A DNA stretch of 64,000 nucleotides from Methanolobus sp. (GCA_041395005.1 JAWKHE010000003.1:104727-168726), one strand, 5' to 3'; shown: positions 37,705 through 50,880, numbered from the stretch's first letter. Numbers and translations: made by a program. The notes: generated by a model from the letters alone, not told the origin.

Positions 37705-37838
37705 TTGATCATTCCTGAAAAACTATTTAATGACGACAGAGCTATTGAGCTCCCAATAAATATTGTCGTAATGCTGGTGGTTGGAATGAGCTCACCGCTA
37801 TAATTCCGTACCCTCTCACACAACTGTGTTGGTGACTA
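37705..37838 (+). pseudogene. 5' remnant of a class III signal-peptide (pilin-like) gene
   Basis: GGTGAT RBS, TTG start, IIPEKLFNDDRA|IELPINIVVMLVVGM, then stop at 37803 (37838 in the shifted frame). Confidence 0.55.
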
Positions 37839-37859
37839 ATGATACATATATTTACTCAA
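37839..37859. repeat. 21-bp direct repeat, copy 1
   Basis: ATGATACATATATTTACTCAA; 20/21 identical to 39541-39561. Confidence 0.8.
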
Positions 37860-37923
37860 TTATAACGCGATTCCTAGCGCATAAATCAAAACAGATTCAT
37901 CGTTTTTCCACAAACCTAATCCT

Positions 37924-38154
37924 TCATACTTTTTTGTTTTTTAACTTATCTAACAGAGATGAAACTCTCTCCTTTGCATCTTCTGATTCCCTTTCGTCCT
38001 TAACAATGTTGATAGCCAGAATATCTCCTTCTTTTGAACCAGCAGGGAGAAGGGACATAGGAATGTCGATTTTTATCGACTCCTCATCTCTCACAAGAAG
38101 AACTGCGATATTTCCTTCCACTCTATCTAGTGACACCTTAAAATTATTATTCAT
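37924..38154 (-). CDS. DUF3006-family small protein
   Basis: LDRVEGNIAVL, LPAGSKEGD; usual partner of ComEC-like MBL hydrolases. Confidence 0.85.
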   Translation of the reverse strand: MNNNFKVSLDRVEGNIAVLLVRDEESIKIDIPMSLLPAGSKEGDILAINIVKDERESEDAKERVSSLLDKLKNKKV

Positions 38155-38156
38155 TA

Positions 38157-39112
38157 TTATTCCTCATGTGCAATCTCTACAGTGTATTTGTTCCCATCAG
38201 TATTAACGATAATATCACCATCAAGGTCCGTTCTGTATATTTCGCACCCAAATATATTTAGTCTGTCCATAATTTCTTGATGTGGGTGTCCATAACTGTT
38301 GTCTTCACCAACCATTATTATGCTTACTTCAGGACTAACCTGTTCCAGGAACTCAGTGCATGTAGATGATGTGCTTCCGTGATGAGCAACCTTGAGAATA
38401 TCACTGTCAATATCATATCCTGTAGCAATCATTCTGTTCTCAGCTTCCTGCTCCGCATCTCCTGTGAATAGGAAAGATATGCTGCCATAGGTCATCTTGA
38501 GGACCACAGAATCATCGTTGAGATTGCCTGTGAGTTCCCCCGGATTGAGGACAGTGATGGTTACAGATGGGTCAAACTCTATGGTCTGACCACTTTCTGC
38601 AAGATTGAAAGGTATATCTTTCTCATCAATCTTGATCAGCATGTTCTAAAAGGTCTTTGAAGTATGTGGGTTCCCGCTGTCTATAAACCTCTTGACCTTG
38701 AAGTTGTTCAATACGTTTACCATCCCACCGATATGGTCCGCATGCGCGTGTGTGGCTACTATCACGTCCAGCTCTTCAACATCGTTGTCTTTGAGATAAG
38801 ATACAACTCTGTCCCCTGCCTTCTGTTCGCCTGCATCAATAAGCATGTTCTTTCCATTTACTTGGATTAGGATAGAATCACCTTGTCCTACATCAATAAA
38901 GTGAACAGTCATGTTGTTCAGGTCTATGGCCGGCAATGTAGACTCTGGAAGTATTTCTTCAGAAGAATCATCTGTAGTATAATTTGAATTAATAGCTGGT
39001 TGTAAATTGTTTGAGACTTGATCTGAAGAAGTCGATTCAAGCGAAATACAACCGCATGCAAAGATTACTGTGAATGCTATAAATGCAAACGCTATTATTT
39101 GTTTTTTAACAT
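38157..39112 (-). CDS. ComEC/Rec2-like MBL-fold hydrolase lipoprotein, frameshifted
   Basis: Lipobox FACGC, FIDVGQGDS, THAHADHIGG, FTGDAE, KVAHHGS, YGHPH, YRTD. Confidence 0.9.
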
Positions 39113-39540
39113 TAATTTTTCATCCCCTTAAAGTTACAATGCTATTGTATTCCTTTCTTTATTTATATTAGGGATTGTATGCTATTAGAGATATCAAAGT
39201 CAGAAACCAATTCTGTAGGGGGATCATAGAATGGAAGTCTGAAGCCTATCCCCTTTCAAGTTACTATGTAATATCTCAAAAATCTCAAATAGACGTCTCT
39301 TAATTAGAAAGATGCCGAGGTTGGGGGCCGGCAATATAGTTAAAAGCCTACATAGTAAAACAGGATTTTTGCTTATATAGGCGCTGTGGGCAGAACAGAC
39401 TTCTCTTATCCTCAACAAAGTAATAATTCTTTGACCATAATTAAAGTATAGCGTTGAAAACTTGAATCAATGCTGAGGAGGGAGCTCTGCAACGGGGAGT
39501 CCAAAGCCTCACCTTTTTCACAATACTACAGTAATGCCTC

Positions 39541-39561
39541 ATGATACATATATTTAATCAA
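39541..39561. repeat. 21-bp direct repeat, copy 2
   Basis: ATGATACATATATTTAATCAA. Confidence 0.8.
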
Positions 39562-39581
39562 ATGTGTGCAATAATAAAATG

Positions 39582-39657
39582 TACACTTGGTGGGATTTAA
39601 ACCCCACGTCCGCCTATTAGTAAGATGGTAGTCTTATTCTGGCTAGACTACAAGAGC
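39582..39657 (-). tRNA. Degenerate tRNA-Val(UAC)-like gene / pseudo-tRNA
   Basis: Minus strand folds as a cloverleaf: acceptor GCTCTTG/CAAGTGT, D stem GTCT/AGAC, anticodon loop CTTACTA, T stem GTGGG/CCCAC; several non-canonical positions. Confidence 0.6.
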
Positions 39658-39689
39658 ACAAATTATATTTTTGCAGCTAATTCTTTTTC

Positions 39690-41520
39690 AATGTAACAGC
39701 ATCCATTTCAAGTGTTTTGCAACATCCTGATTCTTACCAATCATATCAGAAATTACCTTGAGTATATTCGAGTGAATCATTGGTTGTCAATAAAGAATAT
39801 TGCAATACATCGACCTACGTCACCCAATGAAGTTTTGACATCTGCATAGTTGAAAGAAGTCTTCACTCACTTCAAATGGCACAAGGGGTAGCTGAATCAG
39901 GCCATTAATTTTCTTGACATTTTTTTACCCATATTCCTCATCGATATCATAAAATATACCTCTTTTTTATCATTTAGACCCTTGACAATATTGGCTTTTC
40001 TTCTTGGGATACAAAATAATCTTTAATTGATGATATTATCATGGGTTTAATTCCTTTTAAGACGTTTGCTTCTGTATATTGTGAATGTGCTTTGTCTTCT
40101 TTAATAAATGGAATATGCGAAAATGAATATATTTTGGCTGTTCTGTAGTCTTTTGAGAAAGCCAGACCTATGTGCAGCAATCCTGTATTTGCAAGTTTTA
40201 TTATCATTTCTTCAGAGTGATTCGCACGAAACATGTAAAGCATTTTTTGTTTTTATGGAATAATTCCTCTATTGTTCAGGTTTTTGTTACTGATAACAAT
40301 ATCTTAGCTGCATAATTGTTTCGTTTTCACAAATCGCATAAAATTATCCAAACGTTGTTTTCATATCACCGGCGTTTTCAATATTGATATATTGTTCGAG
40401 GCACCAAGTCGTCCACTGTCAAGTTCTTCAATAAGATTAGTTTTATTGACTAAGATATCCAATGGCTTCTGATACATAATTCTGATATACGTCTTTATCA
40501 GATACACCATCATATATATTTCGACACCACGACAGTTCATCCATATCTGATCTATGTGGATGTAGTATGTCTTCAATGGTAGGAAATTAAAAGATTCTTT
40601 GAATACAAACAATGATGATTTTGGTGCAACATTGGGGTATTCAGAGAAAGTGTCACCTGTCTTGTTTGCTAACCACGAAACGATATCAGTTGTCGTAGGC
40701 TTTAAACTCGTTACTATACCATTGTTTTGTTGAATTAATCCCAATCCAATGGCTTCATTCATGTATCTGTTTATTGTCGGTTGCCAACAGTTCCCATCCA
40801 TGACCAACTATCACCAAGTACATTTCTCAATTCCAACTGTGGCATTTGTCCCTGTAACATAATTGGCAATGCAATAGATGCTAATCTACCAGTGCGTATT
40901 TCTATGTTGAGTTTGCTCTTGGTCAATGATTGATAAGTCGATGGGTCATGTAGTTGATTATATTGAGGTTGACTATCCAATTCGGTGTATAATGCAATAC
41001 TACTAATTATGAGCTCAGTCAGATTCATGTTTTGAATAGACTCGTTAAACAGTTTTGAAAAGTAGAATTGCTATTCAAATAAAACCCTGTTTTTTTGTGT
41101 TGTAGACTTCGGTGTTTTTTCATATTCCTTTTTTATCTGCTTAAAATAACATCAAGTGGAGCATTTATATCTAATTTTGTGTTTTGTCAAGTACTCTTGC
41201 ATAATGCTTACTCCTAATTCGGTCAACACGAGTTTATCATCCAAAATCCATGTTTCTGGGAGTTTATCAGTATCCAAGAATGCCTTTTGTTTTTAGAGCT
41301 TGTAAATGGCCAGATAATGTAATAAACGCAACACCTACATCACCAACAACATCGGAATATGTACTTGAGCCAAAGTTACATGTTCTCCAATATATTGATG
41401 TCATGGTTTGTTTTGTCGCCATGTCAGTTTTAAATCGTTTTGTACTTTTCCATTTAATGTCGTTTGTTTGTCTGCCATTTTCTCGTCCTCTATTACAGGA
41501 GTATGCACAGGGTTCATGCA
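39690..41520 (-). CDS. Large hypothetical protein with a probable N-terminal winged HTH, fragmented; ends approximate
   Basis: Chain of minus-strand fragments (40771-41028, 40361-40807, 39974-40243); HTH-like TYSDVVGDVGVAFITLSGHLQALK near 41290-41365. Confidence 0.4.
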
Positions 41521-41915
41521 GGATATATACAGGTTTTACTTATAGGCACCTACAAAATAAAAACTTTTCGGTCAAAATATAGTTATTTTTCTACAGATCA
41601 CGTAGGAGGCTATAGTTTTTAGGATTAAATTAAAAATAAGTATCATTTTGCAAACACTTACAATTAGAGAACAGTTAGCACAAATAAGATAGAATACGAT
41701 TTTTTTGGAAAATATATTTCTTAATTTAATAGAGTCCTATATCTTAAAATAAAGTGGCAATAAACGTGGTAAGTCATTTCATTCGGAAATACACATACTG
41801 CAAAAACAAATTTGGCAACATCTTGTGTAATCTTAACAGAGAATAAATACCATTTTAATCATTTTCTGTAAATACTTATACAAAAATCCCAGATGAAAAT
41901 GATTAGTGATTTGAT

Positions 41916-44308
41916 ATGGCTCTAAAAAAATCAGAACTATACTCTTCCCTCGGTCAGTTGTGACGAACTTCGTGGTGGAATGGACGCCAGCCAGTACAAA
42001 GACCTCGTTCTTCTTTTCATCAAATATATCAGCGATAAATATGATGGCCAGCCTTATGCACCAATTAGTATGCCCAGCCGGTGCAAGCTTCAGAGTTGTA
42101 AGTAGCACTCAAGGGCAAGCCGGATATTGGCGACCAGATCAACAAGAAGATAATCGCTCCTCTGATTAATGCAAACAAGCTGTCTAACATGCCGGATTTC
42201 AATGATACCAATAAACTTGGAAGCGGCAAGGAACAGATGGTTGGGCTTACCAATCTCATAGCCATAGCGAGAATCCTGCTCTTGATTTCTCCAAAAACCG
42301 TGCGGAAGGGATGATATTCTTGGAGATGCTTACGAGTATCTCCTTGAGCACTTTGCAACTGAGAGCGGTAAAAGCAAAGGCCAGTTCTATACACCAGCCG
42401 AGGTCAGCCGTATAATAGCACAAATCCTTGGCATCCATCAAGCAGAAACAACAAGCTCAACCACTGCCTATGACCCAACCTGTGGTTCCGGTTCACTGCT
42501 TTTGAAGGTTGCTGACGAAGCAAGGACAAAAATAACCCTGTACGGTCAGGAAAAAGATTCTGCAACATCTGGTTTAGCCCGCATGAACATGATCTTGCAC
42601 AACAATCCAGAGGCTCTCATTGCCCAGGGTAATACGCTGACCAACCCTGAATTCAGGATGGAGAGGACACTCAAGACTTTGACTATGTTGTGGCCAATCC
42701 ACCTTTCAGTGATAAACGCTGGAGTACCGGGCTTGATCCACTGGATGATGAATATGAAGTTTCAAGCCTTTTGGTGTTCCCCCGGCTAAGCAAGGAATTA
42801 TGCTTACCTGCTCCATATTGTCCGCTCTCTAAAGAGCACAGGTAAAGGTGCCTGTATCCTTCCACATGGCGTTCTTTTCCGTGGTAATGCTGAAGCTGAC
42901 ATTCGTAAGAATCTGGTGCGAAAGGGCTATATCAAAGGTATTATAGGCCTTCCTGCGAACCTTTTCTATGGTACTGGTATTCCTGCCTGCATTATTGTCG
43001 TCGATAAGAAGGTGCTTCCTCACGCAAAGGTATTTTCATGATTGATGCAAGTGCAGGTTTCATGAAGGATGGACAGAACCGCCTTCGTTCCCAGGATATA
43101 CACAAGATAGTGGACGTTTTCACAAAGCAAACCGAGGTTCCGAAATATTCAAAGATAGTAAGCCTTGAGGAGATTGAGAAGAACGAGTTCAACCCTGAAC
43201 CTTCCACGCTACATCGACACGCAGGAAGCTGAGGATTTACAGGATATCGAAGGACACCTGCATGGAGGGATTCCTTGTGCTGACATTGATGCTCTCAAAC
43301 GTTACTGGAATGTCTGTCCACAACTACGTGAGGCTCTGTTCAGGGAGATGAGACCTGGTTATCTTGAGCTTACTGTGGACAAGTCAGCTATCAAATCCAC
43401 TATTTATGAACACCCCGAGTTTGCTGCTTTCATTGAAGGATGAATGCACACTTTGCGCAGTGGCGAGAGAGAACATCTAACAGGCTGAAACAGCTGGAAG
43501 TTGAAAGCCACCCCAAGGAGATAATAGCTGAACTCTCCGAGGATCTTCTTGCACATTACTCAGCGAAGCCGCTGATCTATGAAATCACTATGATGTGTAC
43601 CAGCACCTGATGGATTACTGGGCTGAGACTATGCAGGATGACTGCTACATTATTTCTGCTGATGGCTGGGCACTGACCTCGTATAATTGAGAAGGACAAG
43701 AAGGGGAAGAGGAGAAAGACAAGGGATGGACATGTGACCTTGTTCCCAAGGAGCTAATCGTGGCTCGCTACTTTGTGAAAGAACAGGAGCTTATTGAGGA
43801 GCTAACGTCTGAACTGGAAAGTGTAATTGCCAGCCAAAACAGAACTCGAGGGAAGAGCAGGGTGGCGATGAAGGTGCTTTCTCCGAACGAAAAGATGAAC
43901 AAAGCAAACCAGTGTTACTGCTCGATTGGAAAGGAAATCAAAGGTGACAGGGAAGCAAAGGAAGAAGCCGATGCACTCAATGAATGGCTAAAGTTGTCCA
44001 AAGATGAATCTGACTTGAAGAAGAAACTCAAGGGATGCCGAAGCAGCTCTTGATTCCAAAAACTTAATGCTTACTATCTCCAAACTAAGCGAAGATGATG
44101 TCAAGTCACTTGTAGTGGATGATAAATGGCTCTCTACACTGGATGCTGCTATTCATGGAGAGATGGATCGTATTAGTCAATCTCTTACTCAGCGTGTGAA
44201 GGAGTTGGCAGAGCGTTATGATACTCCTTTGCCAAAGATGACTGAGCGTGTGGCTGAGCTGGAGTCCCAAAGTGAATGAACATGGAGAGGATGGGATTCA
44301 AATTATGA
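41916..44308 (+). CDS. hsdM: Type I restriction-modification methyltransferase subunit, frameshifted
   Basis: DELRGGMDASQYKD, GQFYTP, YDPTCGSGSLL, ANPPF, LNLPRYID. Confidence 0.93.
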
Positions 44309-45571
44309 GTGGAGAATGTGTTGCTGGCAGTGTCCCAGCTGGATATAAGCAGACTGAGATTGGTGGCGATACCGGAGGACTGGGAAGCACTCCGTTACCT
44401 AACATTATTTGGTACCAAGAAAGGGACCAGGATTAAGAAAATGGCAGTTCAGATCAAGTGGATTGAAAGTAATTAATGTGTTACCAATCTTCAGAAACTG
44501 GATACTTGAATCTTAGTACAACCGACCGTCATATTTCATGGGAAGGATTTGAACGGACCTATAAACACTTTTTAGTTGATAATGGTGATGTAGTCATGGC
44601 AAGATTCAGGCAATTCGTGCAAGACATCTGTTGTTAGGGAGTCTGATTTGCCACTATTAATGAACATAGTGTCATCCGATTTAAAGCAAAAGAAAAAATC
44701 TATCGTTCTTTCATGCTTATCTATCTGAGAAATCTCACTTATTTCAAATCTCAAATAGACTTAATGATCCTGGGTGGTGCACAGCCTAATTTTGGGTCCT
44801 GCGCATTTGCTTAAAGTTCTTATTCCTCTTCCACCTACTATCTCAGAACAAGAAGCAGTCATGGCACTAACCGATACAGATGCCCTTATCGAATCACTGG
44901 AGCAGCTCATCGCCAAGAAACGCCAAATGAAGCAGGGTGCTATGCAGGAGCTGCTGACAGGAAGAGACAGCTGCCAGGATTTGAGTGAAATTGGGAAGTA
45001 AAGAAGATAGAGGAGTTCACAGATTGTACTGCAGGTGGAACTCCAAGTACCAAATTCCGGTATTGGAGCGGTACTATTCGTTGGATGAACTCTGGTGAAC
45101 TACACCTTAAAATGGTTACAGAAGTGGAAGGACGAATCACCGAAGAGGGTCTTAACAATTCAAGCACAAGAATTGTTCCTAAAAACTGTGTTTTAATAGG
45201 ACTTGCTGGTCAAGGCAAAACTCGTGGTACAGTTGCTATGAACTTTGTCTCATTATGCTGAATCAGTCTATTGCTGCGATTTTACCAAATTCATCATTCA
45301 TATCTGAATATTTATACTACAATCTTGATTCAAGGTATGAAGAGCTTCGAGAACTTTCAGCTGGCGAGGGAGGACGAGGTGGTTTGAATTTAACAATAAT
45401 TCGATCTATCCCTGTGCTTTTTCCTACAGTTGAAGAGCAAAAGCCATAGCTACTACTCTCTTAAACATTGATGCAGAGCTTGCTGTGCTGGAGAAGAAAC
45501 TTGAGAAGAGCCGCATGCTCAAACAAGGAATGATGCAGAAACTGCTTACAGGGAGGATTCGGTTAGTATGA
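44305..45571 (+). CDS. hsdS: Type I RM specificity subunit, frameshifted
   Basis: GYKQTEIG, PLPP..EQ, KQGAMQELLTG, KQGMMQKLLTGRIRL; two TRDs. Confidence 0.9.
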
Positions 45572-46311
45572 GCAATAGGGATACAAATTCATACTTCATT
45601 GGGTGGGATGTTGGTGGATGGAACTGTGATACTAACTCAAGAGTCGTGATTCTATTGTTATTCTTGACTCTTCGCTTTCTATTGTAGGGAGACCCTGGCA
45701 GGGTAATCTTCGGTCTGGCATAAATGAGGCAAAGAACACAAATGGTTTTATTCGTAAATTGTTCTCCCTGTGTTCTGTTAATGTACCTGCTGATCTTAAA
45801 CAAGTTACCCATCAATTGATACACCATTGGGTTTTTCCTCGGATTTTACAAACCTTGTGACTGGTTTAAAATGTGTAGAATCTGTGGGGCTTTCTGAAAC
45901 TAATCCCTACCTTTAATCGACAGACTGAGCGCTATTTGTTCAAAATAATATTAAAAAACCCTTGTCAGCTATCAAGGATATGATGAGAGTCAGGCTACAA
46001 AAGGTATGCACGTACTGGCTAAGTTTGCACCACGGATTGAACGCTGTGGTGTATGGAATGATGGTGGGTTGATGACTACAGGTGAGCTTATCCTGCAGCT
46101 TGTAGTAATTGCAAGTCAATAGAAACATTACGACAGCTTGGAGTTGCAAACCAACCTATTGATAATCAGGACAAGATAGATGCGCTGACCTGTGCTCTTG
46201 TGTCTATCTTTTTGTGAATTATCCTGAGAAACTAATAGAATCCTGATGAATCTGTGCCTGAATGTGAAGGATGGATTTGGATTCCAAAAGACATACTTAG
46301 TGGGAGTGTAA
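45568..46311 (+). CDS. DUF429-like predicted nuclease (RNase H fold), frameshifted
   Basis: YFIGWDVGGWNCD, IDTPLGF, DKIDALTCA; ATGA-coupled to hsdS. Confidence 0.7.
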
Positions 46312-46339
46312 AGTATGAAATGGAGTTGGAGGTACACTA

Positions 46340-49300
46340 ATGAAAATGGGCAGCCTGAACGAGTCACCCAAAACCGTATATCCCTGTTTCCGGGATGAAC
46401 TTGACTATCGCTATCTTGGTGACTTGACGGATAAGGGGATCACAACAGTAACATAGAGAATACTCGGCAAATGGCTGGAAAAGAACGGCTATACTGACAA
46501 GCAGATTAGTATGGCATTGTACAAGCTGCGTAATGAGGCAGACAATCACAGTCGTAAGCTCTACGATAACAACAAAGCCGTCTATAACCTGCTGCGTTAT
46601 GGTGTTCAGGTAAAGGCCGAGATTGGTGAAGATTAACAGAAACTGTGAAACTTATTAACTGGTCTGAACCTGAAGAATGACTTTGCCATTGCAGAGGTCT
46701 ACTCAAGGAAATCGTGAACGAAGACCGGATATAGTTCTCTATATAAATGGTATTGCAGTTGGAGTACTGGAACTGAAGAACAGCCAGGTAAGCATTGGAG
46801 ATGGTATCAGGCAGAACATTTCAATCAGAGACCAGAATTCAATGAATGGTTCTTCAGTACTGTGCAGTTCATTTTTGCAGGTAACGACTCCGAAGGGTTG
46901 AGATATGGTACCATTGGCACAGAGAGAAGTACTTCCTTACATGGAAAAGAGAATGAAGAGGATGACCGTCGCTTCAAACTCGACAAATATCTTATCAAAA
47001 TGTGTCGCAAGGACCGCCTCATCGAGCTGATATATGATTTTTGTGCTCTTTGATGCTGGCATCCGAAGAAACTGCGCATTGGCCACATCCAGTATTTTGG
47101 TATCAAGGCTGCTCAGAAGCACGTAAAGCAGTATAAGGTGGAATTATCTGGCATACGCGATGGCGGTAAAAGTATCGTCATGGTGTTGCTGATAAATGGA
47201 TACTGGAGAACAATCCTAGAGCCAGGGTGGTAATAGTCCTGAACCGTGATGAGCTGGACAAGCAGATCGAGGGAGTGTTCATTGATGCCGGAGAAAAATA
47301 TAAGCGCACTTCCAGCGGTCAGGATCTTTTAAACCTATTGAGCCATGCCAAGCCACGTCTGATATGTTCCCTTATCCACAAATTTGGTCGCAGGATGGCT
47401 GACGATTTCAATGCATTTATCAGGGATCTGAAATCCCAGCCAAGTAAAACCGTAGGTGATCGAACAATCTTCGTGGACGAATGCCATCGTACCCAAGAGC
47501 GGTAAACTCAACACAACCATGAAAGCAATAATGCCCGATGCGGTCTTCATTGGTTTCACGGGTACACCGCTTCTCAAAAAAGACAAACAAACAAGCCTGG
47601 AAGTCTTCGGAGGTTATATCCATACTTACAAATTCAGTGAAGCTGTGGAAGACAATGTAATACTTGACCTTGTCTACGAAGCACGTGACATAGACCAGAC
47701 ATTGGGTTCCGAAGAAAAAGTGGATGCATGGTTCGAAGCAAAGGACTGAATGACTGGCAGAAAAGAAGAACTGAAAACTCATTGGGGGAACCATGCAAAA
47801 GGAGTACTCAGTTCACGTTCCGAATGGACCGAATGGTAAGTGACATTATCTTTGATTTCAGCGTCAAACCACGTCTGTCCAGCGAAAGAGGAAATGCCAT
47901 CCTTGTAGCATCAAGAAATTATCTACGAAGCCTGCAAATATTTCTCTCTCTGTTCCAGAAAACAGTTTTCAAAGGCAAATGTGCAGTGGTAACATCTACA
48001 ATCCACTGGCTCGGGATATTACAAAAGAGGACACAGGAGCAAACACCGAAACAGACAAAGAGTTCATTTACAACACCACAATGAACTCCTCGAAAACATC
48101 AGTGCCCTCCCAGGCATGACAAAGACCGAAACCTATGAAGAACAGGCAAAGTCTCTGTTCACAAAGAACCTGCAAACATGAAGCTACTCATCGTAGTAGA
48201 CAAACTGCTCACAGGCTTTGATGCTCCTCCCTGTACCTATCTCTACATTGACAAATCAATGCGTGATCACAGTCTGTTCAGGCTCATATGCCGTACAAAT
48301 AACTAGATGGCGATGACAAGGATTTTGGCTACGAGTGGACTACAAGGACCTTTTCAAGAACCTTGTTAATGAGAAAGGGAACTGGAGCACTCCAGTCTAT
48401 TCATCGAACTGGACCACAGCGCTGAAGGCGTCAAACCTGAAGTTCTCCATGCAGGACCGCCTTAAAAAGGCAAGGAACGTCAAAGATGCACTGGAAACAC
48501 TTCATCTGTTATGTGAACCAGTGACCACCAAAAGGTGAAGGCTGGAACACATCCACTACTTCTGTGGCAACACGGAGATTCAAACTGACCTGCAGGAGCG
48601 TGAACCACAGCGTTCAGCACTCTATAAAGCCACAGCTGCAATGCTTCGTGCTTACGCCAATATCTCCGATGAAATGGAAGCTGCCGGATACAGTGAAGCG
48701 GGTATAGCACACATACAGCCAGCAGAGAGACCATTACCTCAAAGTGCGCGAAATCATACGCATGGTAGCGGTGAGAGCTCTTGATCTGAAAGCCTATGAA
48801 GCGGATATGCGTCACCTTATCAACACCTACATCGAGCCTTGAAGGCAGAAAAGTATCTTCATTGAACAGTATGCCTCTCTTAGAAATAATCATAAGAGTG
48901 GCATTAACGATGCTCTATTGATTCCGTCTTTCCGGCTTGAAAAGTAGAATGCTATTGCTGAAACAATAGAGAACAACGTCCGTAGCAGGATAATAAAAGA
49001 ACATCTTAACGACCCACTTACTACGAGAAAATGTCAGCCCTTCTGGACGAGATCGTCGCAGCAAGGAAAGCTAGAGCCATCGAGCCGCGAAGAATATCTT
49101 AAGCAGATTGCTGATCTGGTTATGAAAATCGGCGCAGGACATGAGGATAACACACCCAGGAACTCAAAACAAGTCCTGCACTCCGAGCAATATATAACAA
49201 TCTTCATCATCAGATATCAACTCTGATACCACTGGCAGAAACTTCGTCTGAATACTCCTCATCCGATGATCAATTCTTGCTTTGGCATTAAGATAAGATG

Positions 49301-49442
49301 AGACAATAAAACGGGTTCGTTCCGATGATTGGCGAGTAGAACCACTTGAAAGAACCATAAAGCAAGCTTTGTATGATATCCTGAAAGATGAAAAGAGGTG
49401 GAACGCCTTTTCCTCATCATTAAAGCGCAGAAGGAATATTGA
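46340..49442 (+). CDS. hsdR: Type I RM restriction subunit, heavily frameshifted
   Basis: [39 protein letters not shown]. Confidence 0.92.
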
Positions 49443-50157
49443 TGGGTACACAGATGAGCTTGGTGAGGATAAGGCAGACGTAGTCTTTAAGGACATAAAA
49501 ATATCCCACCTAAGCGTCTACCCTCCATCAGGTAAAGTAAAAGATATCTGCTCCATTAAAGGATGGATATTGGCTTGAATCCGTATTTTTGCGATTTCAA
49601 AACTCGGTTGGGTTTAAACAGCAACAAAAACTCAGGAACAAGAACGAGAAACCCAAAGAGAGTATCTTGACAGAGAAAGTCACTACGTATGGGGAAAACG
49701 TTACCTGCTAAAAATCATCGAAGCCGACAAAGCACCTTCAATCGATCTGAAACACAAGACTATGATACTAAGTGTCCGCCCAGGATCAGACGAAAAAAAG
49801 AAGCAAGAAGTAATCGACGCCTGGTACCGTGAACAGCTCAAAAAAGCTACATATCCTCTTATAGAAAAATGGGAAGCATTGATGGGGGTAAAGGTAGAAC
49901 GGTTATTTGTGAGGCGCATGAAAACTAAATGGGGAAGCTGCAACCATAAGGCTGGGAATATTATGCTCAATACTGAGCTTGCCAAGAAACCTCATGAATG
50001 TCTCGAATACATAGTGGTACATGAAATGGCACATCTTCTGGAACATAAGCATAACACACGCTTTATCTCTTTACTGGATAAATTCATGCCAAAATGGCAA
50101 TTCTATAGGGACAAGTTGAATCAATTGCCAGTTAGTCATGAGAACTGGAATTATTGA
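49442..50157 (+). CDS. M48/YgjP (SprT-like) metallopeptidase-family protein
   Basis: MKTKWGSC, EYIVVHEMAHL; typical hsdR neighbour. Confidence 0.9.
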
Positions 50158-50382
50158 AACTAGGTAAAGATATCAGCAAGACAAAATAAAGACTAGTAAG
50201 CATAGTGAAAGTATTTCTAATAAATGGGATTAAATAAAATAGAAACATAACACAACACGTAATTGCTAAAATAAATATATCAATATGCAAATATGTTTGG
50301 CTTGTATATTATTAGCAAAATTATTATAATTATCAGTATTATTATATATGCGAGTAGTATTTAGTGAAAGAGGAGGATTAGA

Positions 50383-50880
50383 ATGTCGCAGGAAAAGGTG
50401 GTATGCCGAATATTTGAGATAATGGGCCTAGGAATCCCTAACATGGAATCCTTTGCTAATAGGCTCAAATATCAAAAGATTATATATTTATTACAATCTT
50501 TCGGTTTATCTTTAGATTACGGATTTAATTGGTATCTGAAAGGTCCATATTCATCTCCGCTCGCTCGAACTTTGTTTACAATAGAGGCAACCCCCGATAT
50601 TTATAAAGAAAGTATTGGATTAAGGTTCAAAAATGAGGATGCAATTATTGCAAAGCTCGAAGATTTTAAGCAGAAGCTAGGAGATAACATCAATAATGTT
50701 CTTTATTTGGAAGTGTTAGCATCTTTGCATTACATCAATAAAGCCAAGTTTTCTGGAAAGGGATCAATTGACGATTTGAAGTACATGCTATATGATGTGA
50801 AGCCACATTTAAAAGAAGAAGCTGGCATCGACGAAATTATTGAAAAGGCATATAAGGATTTAAGCAATTACACAATTATA
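50383..50880 (+). CDS. YwgA/Panacea (DUF4065)-like winged-helix protein
   Basis: RLKYQKIIYLLQ..YGFNWYLKGPYS, LEVLASL. Confidence 0.65.

Noticed and set aside
39180-39540. GC-richer patches upstream of the MBL gene as an ncRNA, and ORF 39224-39418
   Set aside because: Only short scattered stems and no recognisable protein motif.
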